This document shows positions 1 to 14,927 of a DNA stretch of 64,000 nt, piece after piece. Position numbers and translations under genes: made by a program. The first letter of the stretch is position 1. The number at the start of each line of letters is the position of its first letter. Source of the stretch: the human T2T-CHM13v2.0 reference genome, Homo sapiens; assembly GCF_009914755.1 (NCBI RefSeq), contig NC_060941.1, one strand, 5' to 3'. Below the pieces are notes generated by a model. It made no database searches and had not been told where the DNA came from. It saw only the letters and a program-made list of their open reading frames with translations.

Positions 1-117
1 GCACGAGGAAGCCCAGCCTTTTCAGGGAGTTCATGAGTGTATTTGCGCAAGGGTGTGGCTAGAACCTGGGGTGTGAATGCCTCAACAGCCAGGAGGCTGC
101 TGTTAAGAAATAGTTCA

Positions 118-424
<307 letters not shown>

Positions 425-704
425 TCATCCATGAATCCCCTCCCCAACAAAGGTGCTAACACAGGTCACATGCTCTTCTCCCTCCTAGCCAAATCCATCC
501 CAAACCAATTCCCGCAGCAAAGAGGATGGAATTTCCCATAGTCCCTCCCTCAGATCGCCCCAGGCTGCTGCCCAGTGGGATGGTTCCCTGAAGGAACATA
601 TAGGTCATCTGGGGAATGAGGAAGAGTGGGGAATGGAGACTCAACAGACAACCAGTGAATGTTCTATACAGGATTGTTCTGCACGTTGCTCTTTTGAAAA
701 ACTT

Positions 705-1030
<326 letters not shown>

Positions 1031-1529
1031 TCATGAAGATCCTTTATGTCAGTACATATGGGGGCCACAAAATCCTTCTGAGTAGCTCTACAATAGTCCA
1101 CTCTCCGGATGCCCGGAATGAACTGAGCTGTCCCTCAATGCGTGGAATCTCCTTCTGCCTTTGTGAAGCCTGCCTCCATGTGACCTGCAAGGCCCAGGTC
1201 GCTGCTCTCAAGTGGCCTCGCGGGGCTTTGAGCCTGGAACAGGGCTCTCAGTAAGGCAGGAGTGGTTCAAATGCTTGCTGTGGGTGGTGACATCAGCCAC
1301 AGCCTGAACCCAGTGTCCCCTGAGGGCGGTGAGCAAGTCTGTGTCAATTCCAGCCAGATTACTCCGGGTTCAGAGGTCCTCAGCTTCCTGGTTATGGCCA
1401 ATTACAAATGGTCATAAATTCTTCAAAGCGACCCTCATCAGGAGGTGGAGTTTATTTTCCACCTTTGGATCGATGCTGACCTTGTGATGTGTGTGTCTAA
1501 GCCTGGACCTCAAGAAGCCTCGCATGTTA

Positions 1530-1850
1530 GGCTGGGCGTGGCGGGTCACGCTTGTAATCCCAGCACTTCGGGAGGCCAAGGCGGGCATATTGCTTGAGCT
1601 CAGGAGTTTAAGACCAGCCCGGGCAACATAGCAAGACCGGGTCTCCACAGAAAATTTAAAAATTAGCCAGGTGTGGTGGCGTGTGCCTGTAGTCCCAGCT
1701 ACTCAGGAGGCTAGGGGACGGAGTGGGGAGGATTGCTTGAGCCCAGGAGGTCAAGGCTGCAGTGAGTCATGTTCGGGCCACAGCCATGATCATGCCACTT
1801 GCACTTCAGCCTGGGCAACAGAGCGAGGCTCTAAAAAAAAAAAAAAAAAA
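1530..1850 (+). mobile_element. Alu SINE (AluJ-like)
   Basis: Alu body with J-type GAGCCCAGGAGGTCAAGGCTGCAGTGAG, A-tail. Confidence 0.93.
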
Positions 1851-1852
1851 GG

Positions 1853-2170
1853 TTTTTTTTTTTTTGAGACAGAGTCTCGCTCTGTTGCCTAGGCTGGAGT
1901 GCAGTGGCACAATCTCAGCCCACTGCAACCTCCGCCTCAGCTCACTGCAACCTCCGCCTCAGCTCACTGCAACCTCCGCCTCCCAGGTTCAAGTGATTCT
2001 CCTGCCTCAGCCTCCCCAGTAGCTGGGATTACTGGCACGTGCCATCACGTGAGGCTAATTTTTGACAGGGTTTCACCATGTTGGCCAGGCTGGTCTCAAA
2101 CTCCTGGCCTCAAGTGATCTGCGCACCTTGGCCTCCCAAAATGCTGGGATTACAGGCGTGAGCCCCACTC
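1853..2170 (-). mobile_element. Alu SINE
   Basis: poly-T followed by reverse Alu consensus; tail-to-tail with the previous Alu. Confidence 0.93.
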
Positions 2171-2659
2171 CCAACCAGAAACAAAACAAAACAAAAAAAG
2201 GTTCTGCATTCCACATCATGGAACACTGCTACCATGGGACCAGGCCTGGCTTAGCGTCCACCAGAATGAGACCCTATGGAGAGAGGGGCCCCACCTTCCC
2301 AGCTCTTCCAGCCACCCCAGGTGAGGCCTCTGACATAAGTGAGCCCAGCCAACACCATGGGGAGCAAAGGTGAGCCCTCCCAGGTGAGCCCAGCTGAAAT
2401 GACAACCCACAGGGTCAAGGCGGATGAATGGTTATTGTTCTCATGGTTTTTAGCCACCGAGTTTTGGAGCAGTTTGTTACTAAGCAAAAGTTAACCGCAC
2501 AGCCACCTTACTTAATTCCCGCTCAACTCCTAGCCTTCCTATCAATTCTGTGACCTTCATAATTTTTTCCATAAATCTTTTTTCTGTTTAAGTTAACCAG
2601 AGGTGGTTTCTGTTGGTTGAAACTAAGAACACTGGCTGGTATAAAAATTAGTATGAGGC

Positions 2660-3722
<1,063 letters not shown>

Positions 3723-3729
3723 CACTGGC

Positions 3730-4028
3730 AGGCAGGGTGCTGTGGCTCACGCCTGTAATCCCAGCACTTTGGGAGGCCCATACGGGAGGATTGCTTGAGC
3801 TGAGGCATTTGAGATCAGCCTGGGCAAAGTAGCAAGACCCCATCTCTAGAAAAACTCAAAAATTAGCTGGGCATGGTGGCACATACCTGTGGTCCCAGCT
3901 ACTCAGGAGGCTGAGGTGGGAGGATCGCTTGAGCCCAGGAGGTCAAGGCGGCAGTGAACTATGATCACGCCATTGCACTCCAGCCTGGGTGACAGAGTGA
4001 GACACTGTCTCAAAAAAATAAAAATAAA
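3730..4028 (+). mobile_element. Alu SINE (AluJ-like)
   Basis: Alu consensus, A-tail. Confidence 0.93.
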
Positions 4029-4774
4029 GAGGAGCTCAGTCTCGGGATAGACAACTGAGAAAAGTTTTGTCCTTTTCTGCTACCTTCTTCTTGCTGCCTG
4101 AAAGGCAGAAGTGATGGCTGGAATCTCAGCAGCCATTGTAGATCATGAGGGTAGCCTTGAGGGTGGCAGGCATACAATAATGGTGTACAAATGGAAGAAG
4201 TCTACCTCCAGAAAGGGTGCCTTCTCCCTTTTATGTGTCAGAAAATAACAAAAAATGTCATATAGAGTCCCTGCTATGTTGGGCTTTCATGATAGGAAGC
4301 TGAAGCTAAAAATATCTAGTACAGGTGCATGCATGAGAGATTCTGGCTTTGTGCGCTAGCTTGAGCAGCTGGGAGCAGTGCTAATTATCTTCTCAATTGC
4401 TTGACTGAAAACTGGAGTCACGGATGGCCCGTGAATTCCTCAGTGTGTTGTAGAGAAAAGAATCCAAGGCATCGAGGAGCCAGGTGCCCTGGAGTGTGTG
4501 CCGTGTGCAGTCAATTGCTGGCCTTGACTCTGGACAGACCCAGGAAGCTCTCCTCCCCCAAAAGCCCGCCCAGGGAAATGTGCAGGGAAGGAGGAACCAG
4601 TCTCCTAGAAAATTCCCTGCGGCTGCTCTGTGTAGGTCAGAGAGGCCCTCTGGAGATGCTGCAATTGAAATGCTTCGTGATGGCCATAAGGTGGAGGTGC
4701 ACAGGACCAAAACAGGCAGGGAGCTTGCAAAACCCTCACATGATCTGCAGTGTTAGAAAAGCTCAAGATCCGGG

Positions 4775-5389
<615 letters not shown>

Positions 5390-7307
5390 TCAGATGTGGC
5401 TGATTGGAGTAAATGAGCACACCCCGCACGTGGATGCAGCAGTGGCTGACGGCAGCTCCCTCCCCCTCTCCCTATCTCGGTCTGTCTCTCCTGCGTCCAC
5501 ACACACACATGCGTGCACACACATGCACACACACGTGTCCTGCCTCAGGAGTACACCGGCTGTCTCGTTCTGCTTCCTGCCAACTCATGATGCTACAGTC
5601 ATCACACTGGACCAAAGTGAACCCCAGTGGGTGCCCTATGTGTGTACCCCTTGGTGCCTTAGAAACGGGCCCAACCTTGGCTAGATCTCTGTGGACTTTT
5701 GAGGGGACACATGCCTTACTTGGGGAGTGGCTCCTGCCTCTTTACTAGAGACCCAAGTCTGGTGTCAGAGCACGAGGCCACTGTCTGCTGGTGCAGCTGC
5801 CTTGCCTGTGACCTTAAGATCCGTTAGGCCAGGACGTGGGGCTTGAGATGCAGGAAGCTATGCTGATGGGCGTGAGGGGCCCGCGGCAGGCCCGCTGGGA
5901 GGACCACCCAGGAGCATCCAGCGGTTTGGAGCTGAGCAGGGCCCTCTTTGGCAGGGAGATTCACTCCTTCCAGCACAACCAGCTTTGGCCCAAACATTCG
6001 AGCATGGGTCATGAGCTGCCCTCCATGAGCTGGAAGGACACAGGTGGACGTGGCCCTCAGGAGCGCGGGCAGTCTCTGGAGACATGGGTGATTTTCATCT
6101 GTGCCAAGGCCGCCCCACCCTCCACCCAGGGCACCTGGGGCTTCCCCCAGGGCCTTATGGTGCATTCCCTAATACCGGTGACGGAGGTGACGGAGGTGAC
6201 GGAGGTGGGAGAAACGCAAGCCTGTTTCAGATTGCACTGCGGGCTAATTCCAGGTGGGAGTGGCCTGTTGCCCAGCAGAAAGGGGACCTCGCTTTGGGCA
6301 GAACCCGGAGTGGCCAATCTCAGTTTCCGTGTGGATGGAGGGAAGCCGGCCTTGGCCACGTGACCTGTGGAAGCAGCTCAGGGTTTGATCAGAGATGCCA
6401 GGGCTGGAGGGAGGAGGATGGAAGAATGAGTAGCCGTGAGCTTTGGGAAGAGAGCAGGGACCGGCGTCTTGGGATGGCCACAGAGATGAGGATGCTTCTG
6501 TCCCCTGACTGTTCCCTGAAAGGCCCCACTGCAGTCCTATGCTGGGGTGCCTACCCCGGGGTGTGGGGACAGGTGTCACAGAGTGTCACTCTGCACCTCT
6601 ACAGCCTCCAGGGCCTCCTCTGCTGAGAGGTGGCCTGTGGGGAGGGAGGCTTTGCACGGGCTCACCACTGCCATGTCACCAAGGCTGATGGGAGCGGACC
6701 TGGCGCTCCTGGGCCTTCGCTCGGCGCCTCGATGCCCATGGGGAGCTCCGGCTTCCTGAAGGCCGTGGCTTGCAGCCGACCCCTTCCATCGGAGGAGGCA
6801 GCCGCTTGCTCCCCAGGAATCGACACTTACTCTAGATCTGAATGCCCCCATCCTACACGGCCCTCAGTGCCACCAGCCCTTCACTGACTCAACACCTTTC
6901 CCACCCTGTTGGCCACCCACAGACATGCAGGTGACTCAGGAGCTGCAGTCAGGCCGTGGGCTCATGGTCACATGTGTCACCTATCACACATTCAAGGGCT
7001 CACGAAACAGGAAGGCTGGGATGAAACCTCAGGCTCAGGAGGCCAGTGAAGGGAAAAATGCAAGAGCCTGGCTCTGCGGACGTGCTGGGCGGCAGATGAG
7101 ACAGCCCCGGAAGTCCCTGCCTCCAGGTCCCCCAAATCATCCTTTCCTCCCTCCCTGTAGACAAGAAAATGCTGCCCTCCACCTGTGGACGCACCAGCTC
7201 AAGGAGCCCATCTGCATTTTTCCTTGTTCAGAATGCACAGCAGTGAGCCATGGGGCCCTGAGCAGGGCGCCCATCACCTAGTGCAAAGGTTCTGCTTCTA
7301 GTCCTGA

Positions 7308-7633
<326 letters not shown>

Positions 7634-8224
7634 GACACAGGGGTTTTGCACCCAAGAGAGGAACGTTTCCACGATGAGACATCTCCACGTTCCTTCAAAT
7701 TGGCAGTGAAGATGGGGATTCGCCTCTGGGACCACGGTGCCTGTGGGTGAACAGGTGAAGAAGGGAGGAGTGTTTCGGAGGCTGGGATGGTCGGTCCTGA
7801 CTGTCCCGGGGGAACAGGGCTGCCGCTCAAAACTGCAAGCAGCACGGAAGAACTCCAGTGACTTCTCAAACTCCTGCATCTCCCAGCCCCACACAGGGCT
7901 ATGGCCTCCCTTGCAGGCAGGACCCACGGGGCTCAGAGTTCCCTGGAAGGAAGACTCCAGTTACCTTCCCTGGCCGTGAGATGCCAGGGAGCACGGAGCG
8001 GGAGAGAAGAGAGCTGCTGTGGTCCTGGGACTGACTCGAGAAATGGAGGCTGTGATTCTGGTCTTTGCCATGTCTGCCACGCCTCTACCGTGACATCGCT
8101 TTTCCTTCTTCCTCCTGATCTCATTGTGGTTTGTCCCCAACACTGGTCTTGGCAGTGGTCCGTGGCGACGTGGCCCCTCGGTTGCTAAAATGTCAATAGG
8201 ATCAAAATAGAGGTGGAGGAGATA

Positions 8225-8541
8225 GGCCGGGCAGAGTGGCTCATCCCTGCAATCCCAGAACTCTGGGAGGCTAAGGCGAGCAAATTGCTTGAGCCCAGGA
8301 GTTCGAGACCAGCCTGGGCAACATGGCAAAACCCCGACTCTACTAAAAATACAAAAAAAGAAAAAAAAATTAGCCAGGCCTGCTGGCGCACATCTATAGT
8401 CCCAAGTACTTTGTAGTCCCAGAGGCTGAGGCGGGAGAATCACTTGGGCCCAGGAAGCAGAGTGTGCAGTGAGCCAAGATCGTGCCACTGCACTCCAGCC
8501 TGGGCGACAGAGTAAGACACTGTCTCAAAACAAACAAAAAA
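8225..8541 (+). mobile_element. Alu SINE
   Basis: Alu consensus. Confidence 0.92.
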
Positions 8542-9355
8542 CATGTGGAGGAGGGGATGTCCTGCCAGGATGGTGGACCTGGGCTGGACGCAGGATCTGG
8601 AGGTGGGGGGGTTGGGGGAGCAGAGGCCTCCATCCAGTACAGGGAGCAGCTGCCTTCACAGGCAGGAGGTTTTGTGAGACTGCTTTTGTTCCTTGTGGCA
8701 CCTGTGGGGAGAGGGTGGGTGGGGCGTCTGCTGCCATCTTGGCTGTTCAGCACCTGAACCTCCCTCCCATTAGGGGAGCCCCTGTGCCACCTCCTGTTCC
8801 AGAGGCCACACTGTTGTCCTCCCAGACCGTGGCACAGCGGCAGGTGCCAGCCTGAGCTCGGCCCAGCAGGTGCCTCCCTGGGGACTCTGTGCCTGCAACG
8901 GGCCATGGAGAAGCAGGGGCAGTTTTGAATTCCTGTTGGTGGTGAGCGACGTTCTGTGCCCAGAACCTGCTGTGGCATTGTCACGGATGTCCCCCCGGCA
9001 TCCAATGGGTCCCCCAGCCTCCCCTGAGACTCTGTGGTTCCCAGGATCTTCCAGCGCACCTCTACCCGCCTCACTCAGCCCAGGGGAGGTGCCTTTTATT
9101 TGTAGTCAAGCACCTGTTGGTGGGTATTGACGTCGTTTCCAATTCTTCACTCTTACAAGGCTGAGATGAGAATCTCTGTCCCCTGTCCCTGTGGACCAGG
9201 ATTTCCAGAGCGAAGGTTCCTAACTCCTGCTGTTCGTTCTCCCTCCTCCCAGCTTCCACAGTCTGCTGTCTGCTGCTCTCCATGACCCAGCCCGGTCACG
9301 TCTTCCAGAGACCCGATCGCCCCGCCGGAGGTGCAGCCCTGACCTTGCCACCTCA

Positions 9356-9802
<447 letters not shown>

Positions 9803-10044
9803 TCACACACCCACGTGCACGCATGCAGTGGCACGCACCCTCCTGCTCGTGTCCCACTGTGTCATTGCTCCGGGCTGGGAGGTGTGCTTCCTGTTCCCTG
9901 TCTTCCCCGTTAGCCTGTAGCTTCACAAGGACAGGGACTCTGCCTCATGACCTGTCCCCCAGAGCCTGGCACACCTGATGTCTAAACACGGTGTGGACCC
10001 AACAACACTTTCTGTACAAACAAATGTAGGAACCTCAATGTAAT

Positions 10045-10050
10045 TTTAAT
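10045..10050 (-). terminator. LGALS3BP: LGALS3BP polyadenylation signal (ATTAAA variant)
   Basis: tttaat on + = ATTAAA on -, ~300 nt after the stop codon, followed by a U/GU-rich downstream element on -. Confidence 0.8.
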
Positions 10051-10227
10051 GACCTCAGACCAGTGACAAGGGCAGACTGACCAGGGGCTGTGGGGGGATC
10101 CCAGAGCAACCTCGAGGGCGTCCTGGTGCTTACCACCTGGAAACTGGTGAGGTGGTGGGAGAACTCCTGGTGGACCCTAGTGGAAGCCTTCCAGTAATTT
10201 CTTGAAGCTGAGCGCTCAGGTGAGTAG

Positions 10228-10244
10228 GGCGACATCTGGTGGCC
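10228..10244 (-). promoter_or_regulatory. CTCF-like motif in LGALS3BP 3'UTR
   Basis: minus strand reads GGCCACCAGATGTCGCC, close to the CTCF core CCASYAGRKGGCRS. Confidence 0.55.
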
Positions 10245-10347
10245 GGTTGTTGAAGGTCATTGCAGAGAGGAAGGAAGCCGAGGAGGGGAGCCTGCAGTGA
10301 GGGCGTCCTGGGGTTCTCCGGTTCTCACCACCCTTGGGCCACGCCGT

Positions 10348-11476
10348 CTAGTCCACACCTGAGGAGTTGGTCAGGTAGAAGGGGCGGATGACCGTGCGGA
10401 AGCCGTTGAAGTGCCCTGCCGGGCAGGGGAAGGAGGAGGTGCTCTTCGAGCTGTTGGTGTCCAGGGCACTGGGAATCGCAGCCTTCCAGCCCTCGAAATC
10501 GGTGACGTCTGCCACGAAGAGCCCTTCGCAGAGCATCAGGGCTTTGTTTTCGTAGGCAATGGTGCGATCTGAGCCGCCAGACTTGGTGAGGCCCAGGACA
10601 GGGAGCTCGTCCGAGGAGCAGGAGAAGCCGTAGTTCCAGCAGCTCTGGATGGTGGGGAGGTAGACCAGGGACCAGGACACCCTCTTGTCCTGGAAGAGGA
10701 AGCTGGGGTGTTGTGGAGTCTGGAAGGACTGGTAGGGGTAGTATCTGTAGTCAGAGGGGGCTTGGAAGTAATCAGAAGAATATTTGACCAAAGGCCCCCG
10801 TCTGGACTGATAGACCAGTTGTGACTTCCGTGCACTCCAGGAACTGTCTGTCACAAAGGCACTCCAGGTGGGCGAGGTGTAAATCCGGGGCTTGTAGGTA
10901 TCCTCGGTGAGGTTCAGGCCTTTGTACCGGGCCAGCAACTGGAAGGGCACAGTGTGGAATTCCAGGGCCTGCAGAGTCTTCTTCTGGAACAGGGCCTCGT
11001 GGCTCCAGTACAGGGACAGGTTGAACTGCAGCTCAAAGAGCTCCTCAGGGAGCATCATGGGGAAGCGGATCTTCTCCACCAAGCCCTCCACCTCCTCATG
11101 GGAGGCACGCTCCCCCCAGCTCCAGGTGTCCACGGCCTTCAGTAGGGCCAGCTCGCTGGGCACCGCCAGGTCGCTCCTGGGCAGCAGCAGTTGGAGCAGG
11201 TCTGTGGGGACACTGGGCCAGGCCTCGGCCTGCGTCAAGGCCTCGAAGTTCCAGGCCAGGAACTGTAGGCAGAGCTTCTCCAGCAGGGCGTCCCCTGTGG
11301 CCACTGCATAGGCATACAGGTCCAGGGGCATCTGGAACGAGGGGTCCTGGGGGAGGAGGATGGCAAAGAGGCTTGCGCAGTAGCCCTGCAGCTGCCTGGC
11401 CCCATAGGCAGAGGCCAGCTTGTGGAAGCACTTGACTGACGACAGGGTGATGTCAATCCTTCGGGAGTAGAAGTAC
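10348..11476 (-). CDS. LGALS3BP: galectin-3-binding protein, last coding exon (end of BTB, BACK domain, C-terminal region)
   Basis: ORF ...[37 protein letters not shown]...[15 protein letters not shown]; CAG acceptor at 11477-11478, TAG at 10348-10350. Confidence 0.98.
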
Positions 11477-11559
11477 CTGGGGAGAAAGAAGGAGAGCAGA
11501 TGCCGGCCCCACAGGACAGCAGGGGAGCCCTGGGCCCAACTGTCCAACACAGCCACCTG

Positions 11560-11666
11560 AGTGCACACAGTGTGGGAGTGAGCATGCGTGTGTGTGCAAC
11601 TGCGTGAGTGCATGTGTGACTGCGTGTGTACATGTGCATGCATGAGTATGTGCAGGTGTGTGTGTG
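11560..11666. repeat. degenerate (TG/CA)n simple repeat in LGALS3BP last intron
   Basis: gtgtgtgtgcaactgcgtgagtgcatgtgtg... alternating purine-pyrimidine tract. Confidence 0.75.
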
Positions 11667-11741
11667 GGGGGCTGTGCTTTTGAAGAGGGGAGGAGGACAA
11701 AGCCCCTGGCGGCCCCAGAGCCTGAGGACGAGACGGCTCAC

Positions 11742-11994
11742 CTGAGAAGGTCCCTGACCATGGGCACACACTCAGCATCCACACTCATGGTGACATTGCT
11801 GCCCGGCTCCTTCCACAGGGCCTGGGCCTCCAGGTTGGCAGTCAGGATGACCGTGTGGCCACAGAAGCCCAGGGCGTCCTCGCCCTGCACATTCACGCTG
11901 ATGGACAGGTCGCAGCCCCGCTGGCTGTCAAAGATCTGGCCAAGGGCCTCCGAGAGCTCCCTGGAGAGGTCCAGGGTGTGGGTGCTCCTGGTTT
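11742..11994 (-). CDS. LGALS3BP: LGALS3BP coding exon (BTB/POZ N-terminal part)
   Basis: TTAG acceptor and GTGAG donor; encodes [36 protein letters not shown]...VPMVRDLL; 253 nt. Confidence 0.97.
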
Positions 11995-13459
11995 CTAAGA
12001 AGGGGCGGGAGGGAAGTGGGCTGCGTTAGGAGCCGGGGCACTGCCACTCTCTGGGGTCAGTGTCTTCATCTGAAAGTGAGGGATTTGTGGCTGCCTCATT
12101 CACTCTGGAAGGCTCCTGGGAAGACGAGGGACAAGAGAGACCGGAAGTGTCGGATTCCTGGACCCTGAGGCCCCGCCCCTTCCAGCCCTGGGGAACAAGA
12201 GCAGCTAGGACCTGGCCAAGCCTGTCCAGGCCCCCGCTTTAGGCCCTCTGCTCTGTGCTGCTCCCCCGACTCAGGCAGCAGCTCCGCATGGAGACTTGGT
12301 GGTACTGACTCCGGAGCCCCCACTCCCCAGCCTTGGTCACCAATCACCACTAACACCAAAACCACTGCCTGCTTAGATGGCCTGAAAAGTTAGGGTCCTG
12401 TGGCAACCCCATTTTAGAACTCCGGGGGTCCTCGAGCAGCTTCCTGTCGGGGAGAAGGCCTGCAGAAGTCATGGGAGGCTCCCGGCTCGGGGGTCAGTGT
12501 GGTGCACCCTCTCCCCTTCTTTGAGCCCCTCTCAAAGCCTAACTCAAAATGAAATCCCATAGGTTTTTCTTTGCCACAAATATAGTAGTTTTGAAGTAAC
12601 TGTGACCTTTCAACCAGGTGGGCTTGCCCTGGGCCTCCTAAAACCTGAGCCACCGCAGGACCCCCAGCTCCCTCCCACCTGCACGCCTTACCACAGCTCT
12701 CCTGCCCCAGGAGCTTTGGCCGTGCGCCCATGGCCCCGTGTGCTCCCCGCCGCCTCCCCTGGCCCCCGACAGCCCCATGGCGTCTCCTGGGCTTCCCCCA
12801 CTGTGAGTCCAGGCTCAGCTCCAGCCACTTGTCCATCCCATGTGGGCACAGGGGCTCCCTGGGATTCGACCCGTCCTGCCTTAGGGGCCTCCAACTCCTG
12901 GCAAAGGGCAGTGGGCAGGAAATGCCCAGGTTGTCACGTGCAAGCCCAGGAAGAGCCACCTCGGCATGAAAGAAAAACAAGAAACTCAGATCCAGAGGCT
13001 CCAACCTGCAGAGCAGCCTGGGTTCCCTCCAAACTGGGCCAGGTTGGGGGAAGCAGGCTGAGGCTGCGAGTAGCCGGGACTCCCTCCGCCAGGACGGGCT
13101 TGAGCCTGTCGCGTGCTGTGAAGTGTATTTCTGAGCGGACGCTGGCATTTCAGGTCAGGCTGGAGCCAGGTGTCATGCTCACTGAAACTGTGGCTCACTG
13201 CCCCACACTCGGGTTCTGCATGGAGACTTGGTGGTTCTGGGTGTTTCTCCAGAAGGGGCTGGGGAGGAGTCTGGGACTGTGGGACTGGGAGCTGGTGGGC
13301 TCTTGGGACGTCTGGGCCTCTCCATGCGGAGTGGGCAGGCGGTAGTGGAAGGAACCTTTGTGTGCTTCATGTGCGTGGGGGGGTGGTGCTGGGAGGGGCA
13401 GGGGCCACGGGACCCCAGGGCACACTGGGGCCTCCGCAGGGAGGTGCGCCCCCGCTCAC

Positions 13460-13591
13460 CATTGGTGCAGACCACACCAGCGTCTCTCTCGTGCCTGCAG
13501 TTGCTCTTCAGCCAGCCCAGGGACTTGCAGTCGGCCAGTGAGGCCTCGGTTCCCGTGCACTGGACCTCGTCCAGCATGATGGGGCCTGATC
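13460..13591 (-). CDS. LGALS3BP: LGALS3BP coding exon (SRCR domain second half)
   Basis: [44 protein letters not shown]; canonical AG/GT; 132 nt. Confidence 0.98.
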
Positions 13592-13836
13592 CTGTGGACA
13601 CAGCAGATGGCAGGGCTGGGGGCGTGACGACTGCACCCAGGAGTCCCACAGCGCGACTCAGCCCTTTGTTCTCCGCCCCGGCCGTGTGGGTCCATCTGCT
13701 TACAGGTCCTTCACCAGCGAACCACGGAGGATATTCCAGCATGGGCTGGATTTGTGATTGCAATGTCAGGCCATAAACTTAGCCTTCATGCTTATAAAGC
13801 TTACCGGCTGCTTCAGCGACATCACATTCATGTATA

Positions 13837-14022
13837 GTAATTGTGTGACTATCCCTGCAACATCAGTTTCACATACTGTAATTGTGTGACTATCCCTGCA
13901 ACATCAGGTTCACATACTGTAATTGTGTGACTATCCCTGCAACATCAGGTTCACATATTGTAATTGTGTGACTATCCCTGCAACATCAGGTTCACATACT
14001 GTAATTGTGTGACTATCCCTGC
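13837..14022. repeat. 41-bp tandem repeat, ~4.5 copies
   Basis: unit gtaattgtgtgactatccctgcaacatcaggttcacatact starting at 13837, 13878, 13919, 13960, 14001. Confidence 0.95.
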
Positions 14023-14291
14023 TGCTAAATAGTTTATGGATTGTTTCTTTTTTTTCCAGAATCGCAACTGCTGTGTCAGTGGAAATCTTCCTGCAGACTT
14101 TTCTTTTGAGGAGAAATTGTTTCAATGGGATAAACTCCCTGGAGTGGAGTTTCTGGGCCGGAGGGAACGAGCCCAGCCGAGCTCTTGAACCTGCCCAAGC
14201 ACCCGCCACCATCACTGGCCAAGTGTGGGTGGAGCAGTCCCATCAGAACTTGATCCGCAGGCCTTCAGCACCATTGAAAATGTTTGCTCAT

Positions 14292-14562
14292 AGGCCGGGT
14301 GTGGTAATCCCAGCACTTTGGGAGGCTGAGGCGGGCGGATCACTTGACACCGGAAGTTTAAAAACCAGCCTGGCCAACATGGTGAAACTCTGTCTCTACT
14401 AAAAAATACAAAAATCAGCCGGGCATGGTGGCAGGTACCTGTAATCCCAGCTACTCAGAAGGCTGAGACAGGAGAATCACTTGAACTCAGGAGGCGGAGG
14501 TTGCAGTGAGCCGAGATTGTGCCACTGCACTCCAGCCTGGGCAACAGAGCGAGACTCCATCT

Positions 14563-14594
<32 letters not shown>
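14292..14594 (+). mobile_element. Alu SINE
   Basis: Alu consensus with long pure A-tail. Confidence 0.93.
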
Positions 14595-14596
<2 letters not shown>

Positions 14597-14735
14597 GTTT
14601 GCTCTTGCTAAATTAATAGGAATCCAATTTGCATGTCTTTGAAACCTGACTGTTTCGTCTTAGGGGATTTGCCCCTCCTGGGAGCTGGCTGTGCTGTGGG
14701 TCTCAGCCTCAGTGGAAGGGGACAGCAGGCCCTAC

Positions 14736-14927
14736 CTTGCCCGAAGGCAGCTCTGCCCAGAGCCTGGGTGGCGTTCTCGAAGCCCAGGGCCCGGCAGACG
14801 ACGCTGGCATCAGTCAGGTCCCACAGGTTGTCACACACAGTGCCCCACTGGCCTCTGTAGAAGATCTCCACGCGGCCCTGGTTGGTGGCGCCCCCATCGG
14901 CCAGCCGCATGTCACCATCGTTCACGC
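14736..14927 (-). CDS. LGALS3BP: LGALS3BP coding exon (SRCR domain first half)
   Basis: [53 protein letters not shown] signature; 192 nt. Confidence 0.98.

Larger units (their letters stand above)
1390..2500 (+). mobile_element. MaLR LTR (MLT1-type) fragments interrupted by two Alus
   Basis: MLT1-like 5' part (ggtggagtttattttcccacc) and 3' end (ttttggagcagtttgttactaagcaaaagttaacc). Confidence 0.5.

Noticed and set aside
6177-6206. (GGTGACGGA)x3 repeat within a 175-aa ORF
   Set aside because: Short slippage repeat; the host ORF has no splice or domain support.
8746-8754. REST/RE1 half-sites TTCAGCACC (also near 14264, 42010, 51256)
   Set aside because: None has the GGACAG right half at canonical spacing.
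10348-11784. 478-aa single-exon ORF
   Set aside because: The N-terminal ~100 aa read through an intron (TG repeat); the real exon starts at the 11476 acceptor.
12414-13345. Overlapping 244/247-aa ORFs in a LGALS3BP intron
   Set aside because: Pro/Gly/Arg-rich, no domain, present on both strands; typical GC-rich noise.
13837-14022. CRISPR-like array
   Set aside because: Units are contiguous with no unique spacers, there are no cas genes, and the context is a human intron; it is an ordinary tandem repeat.
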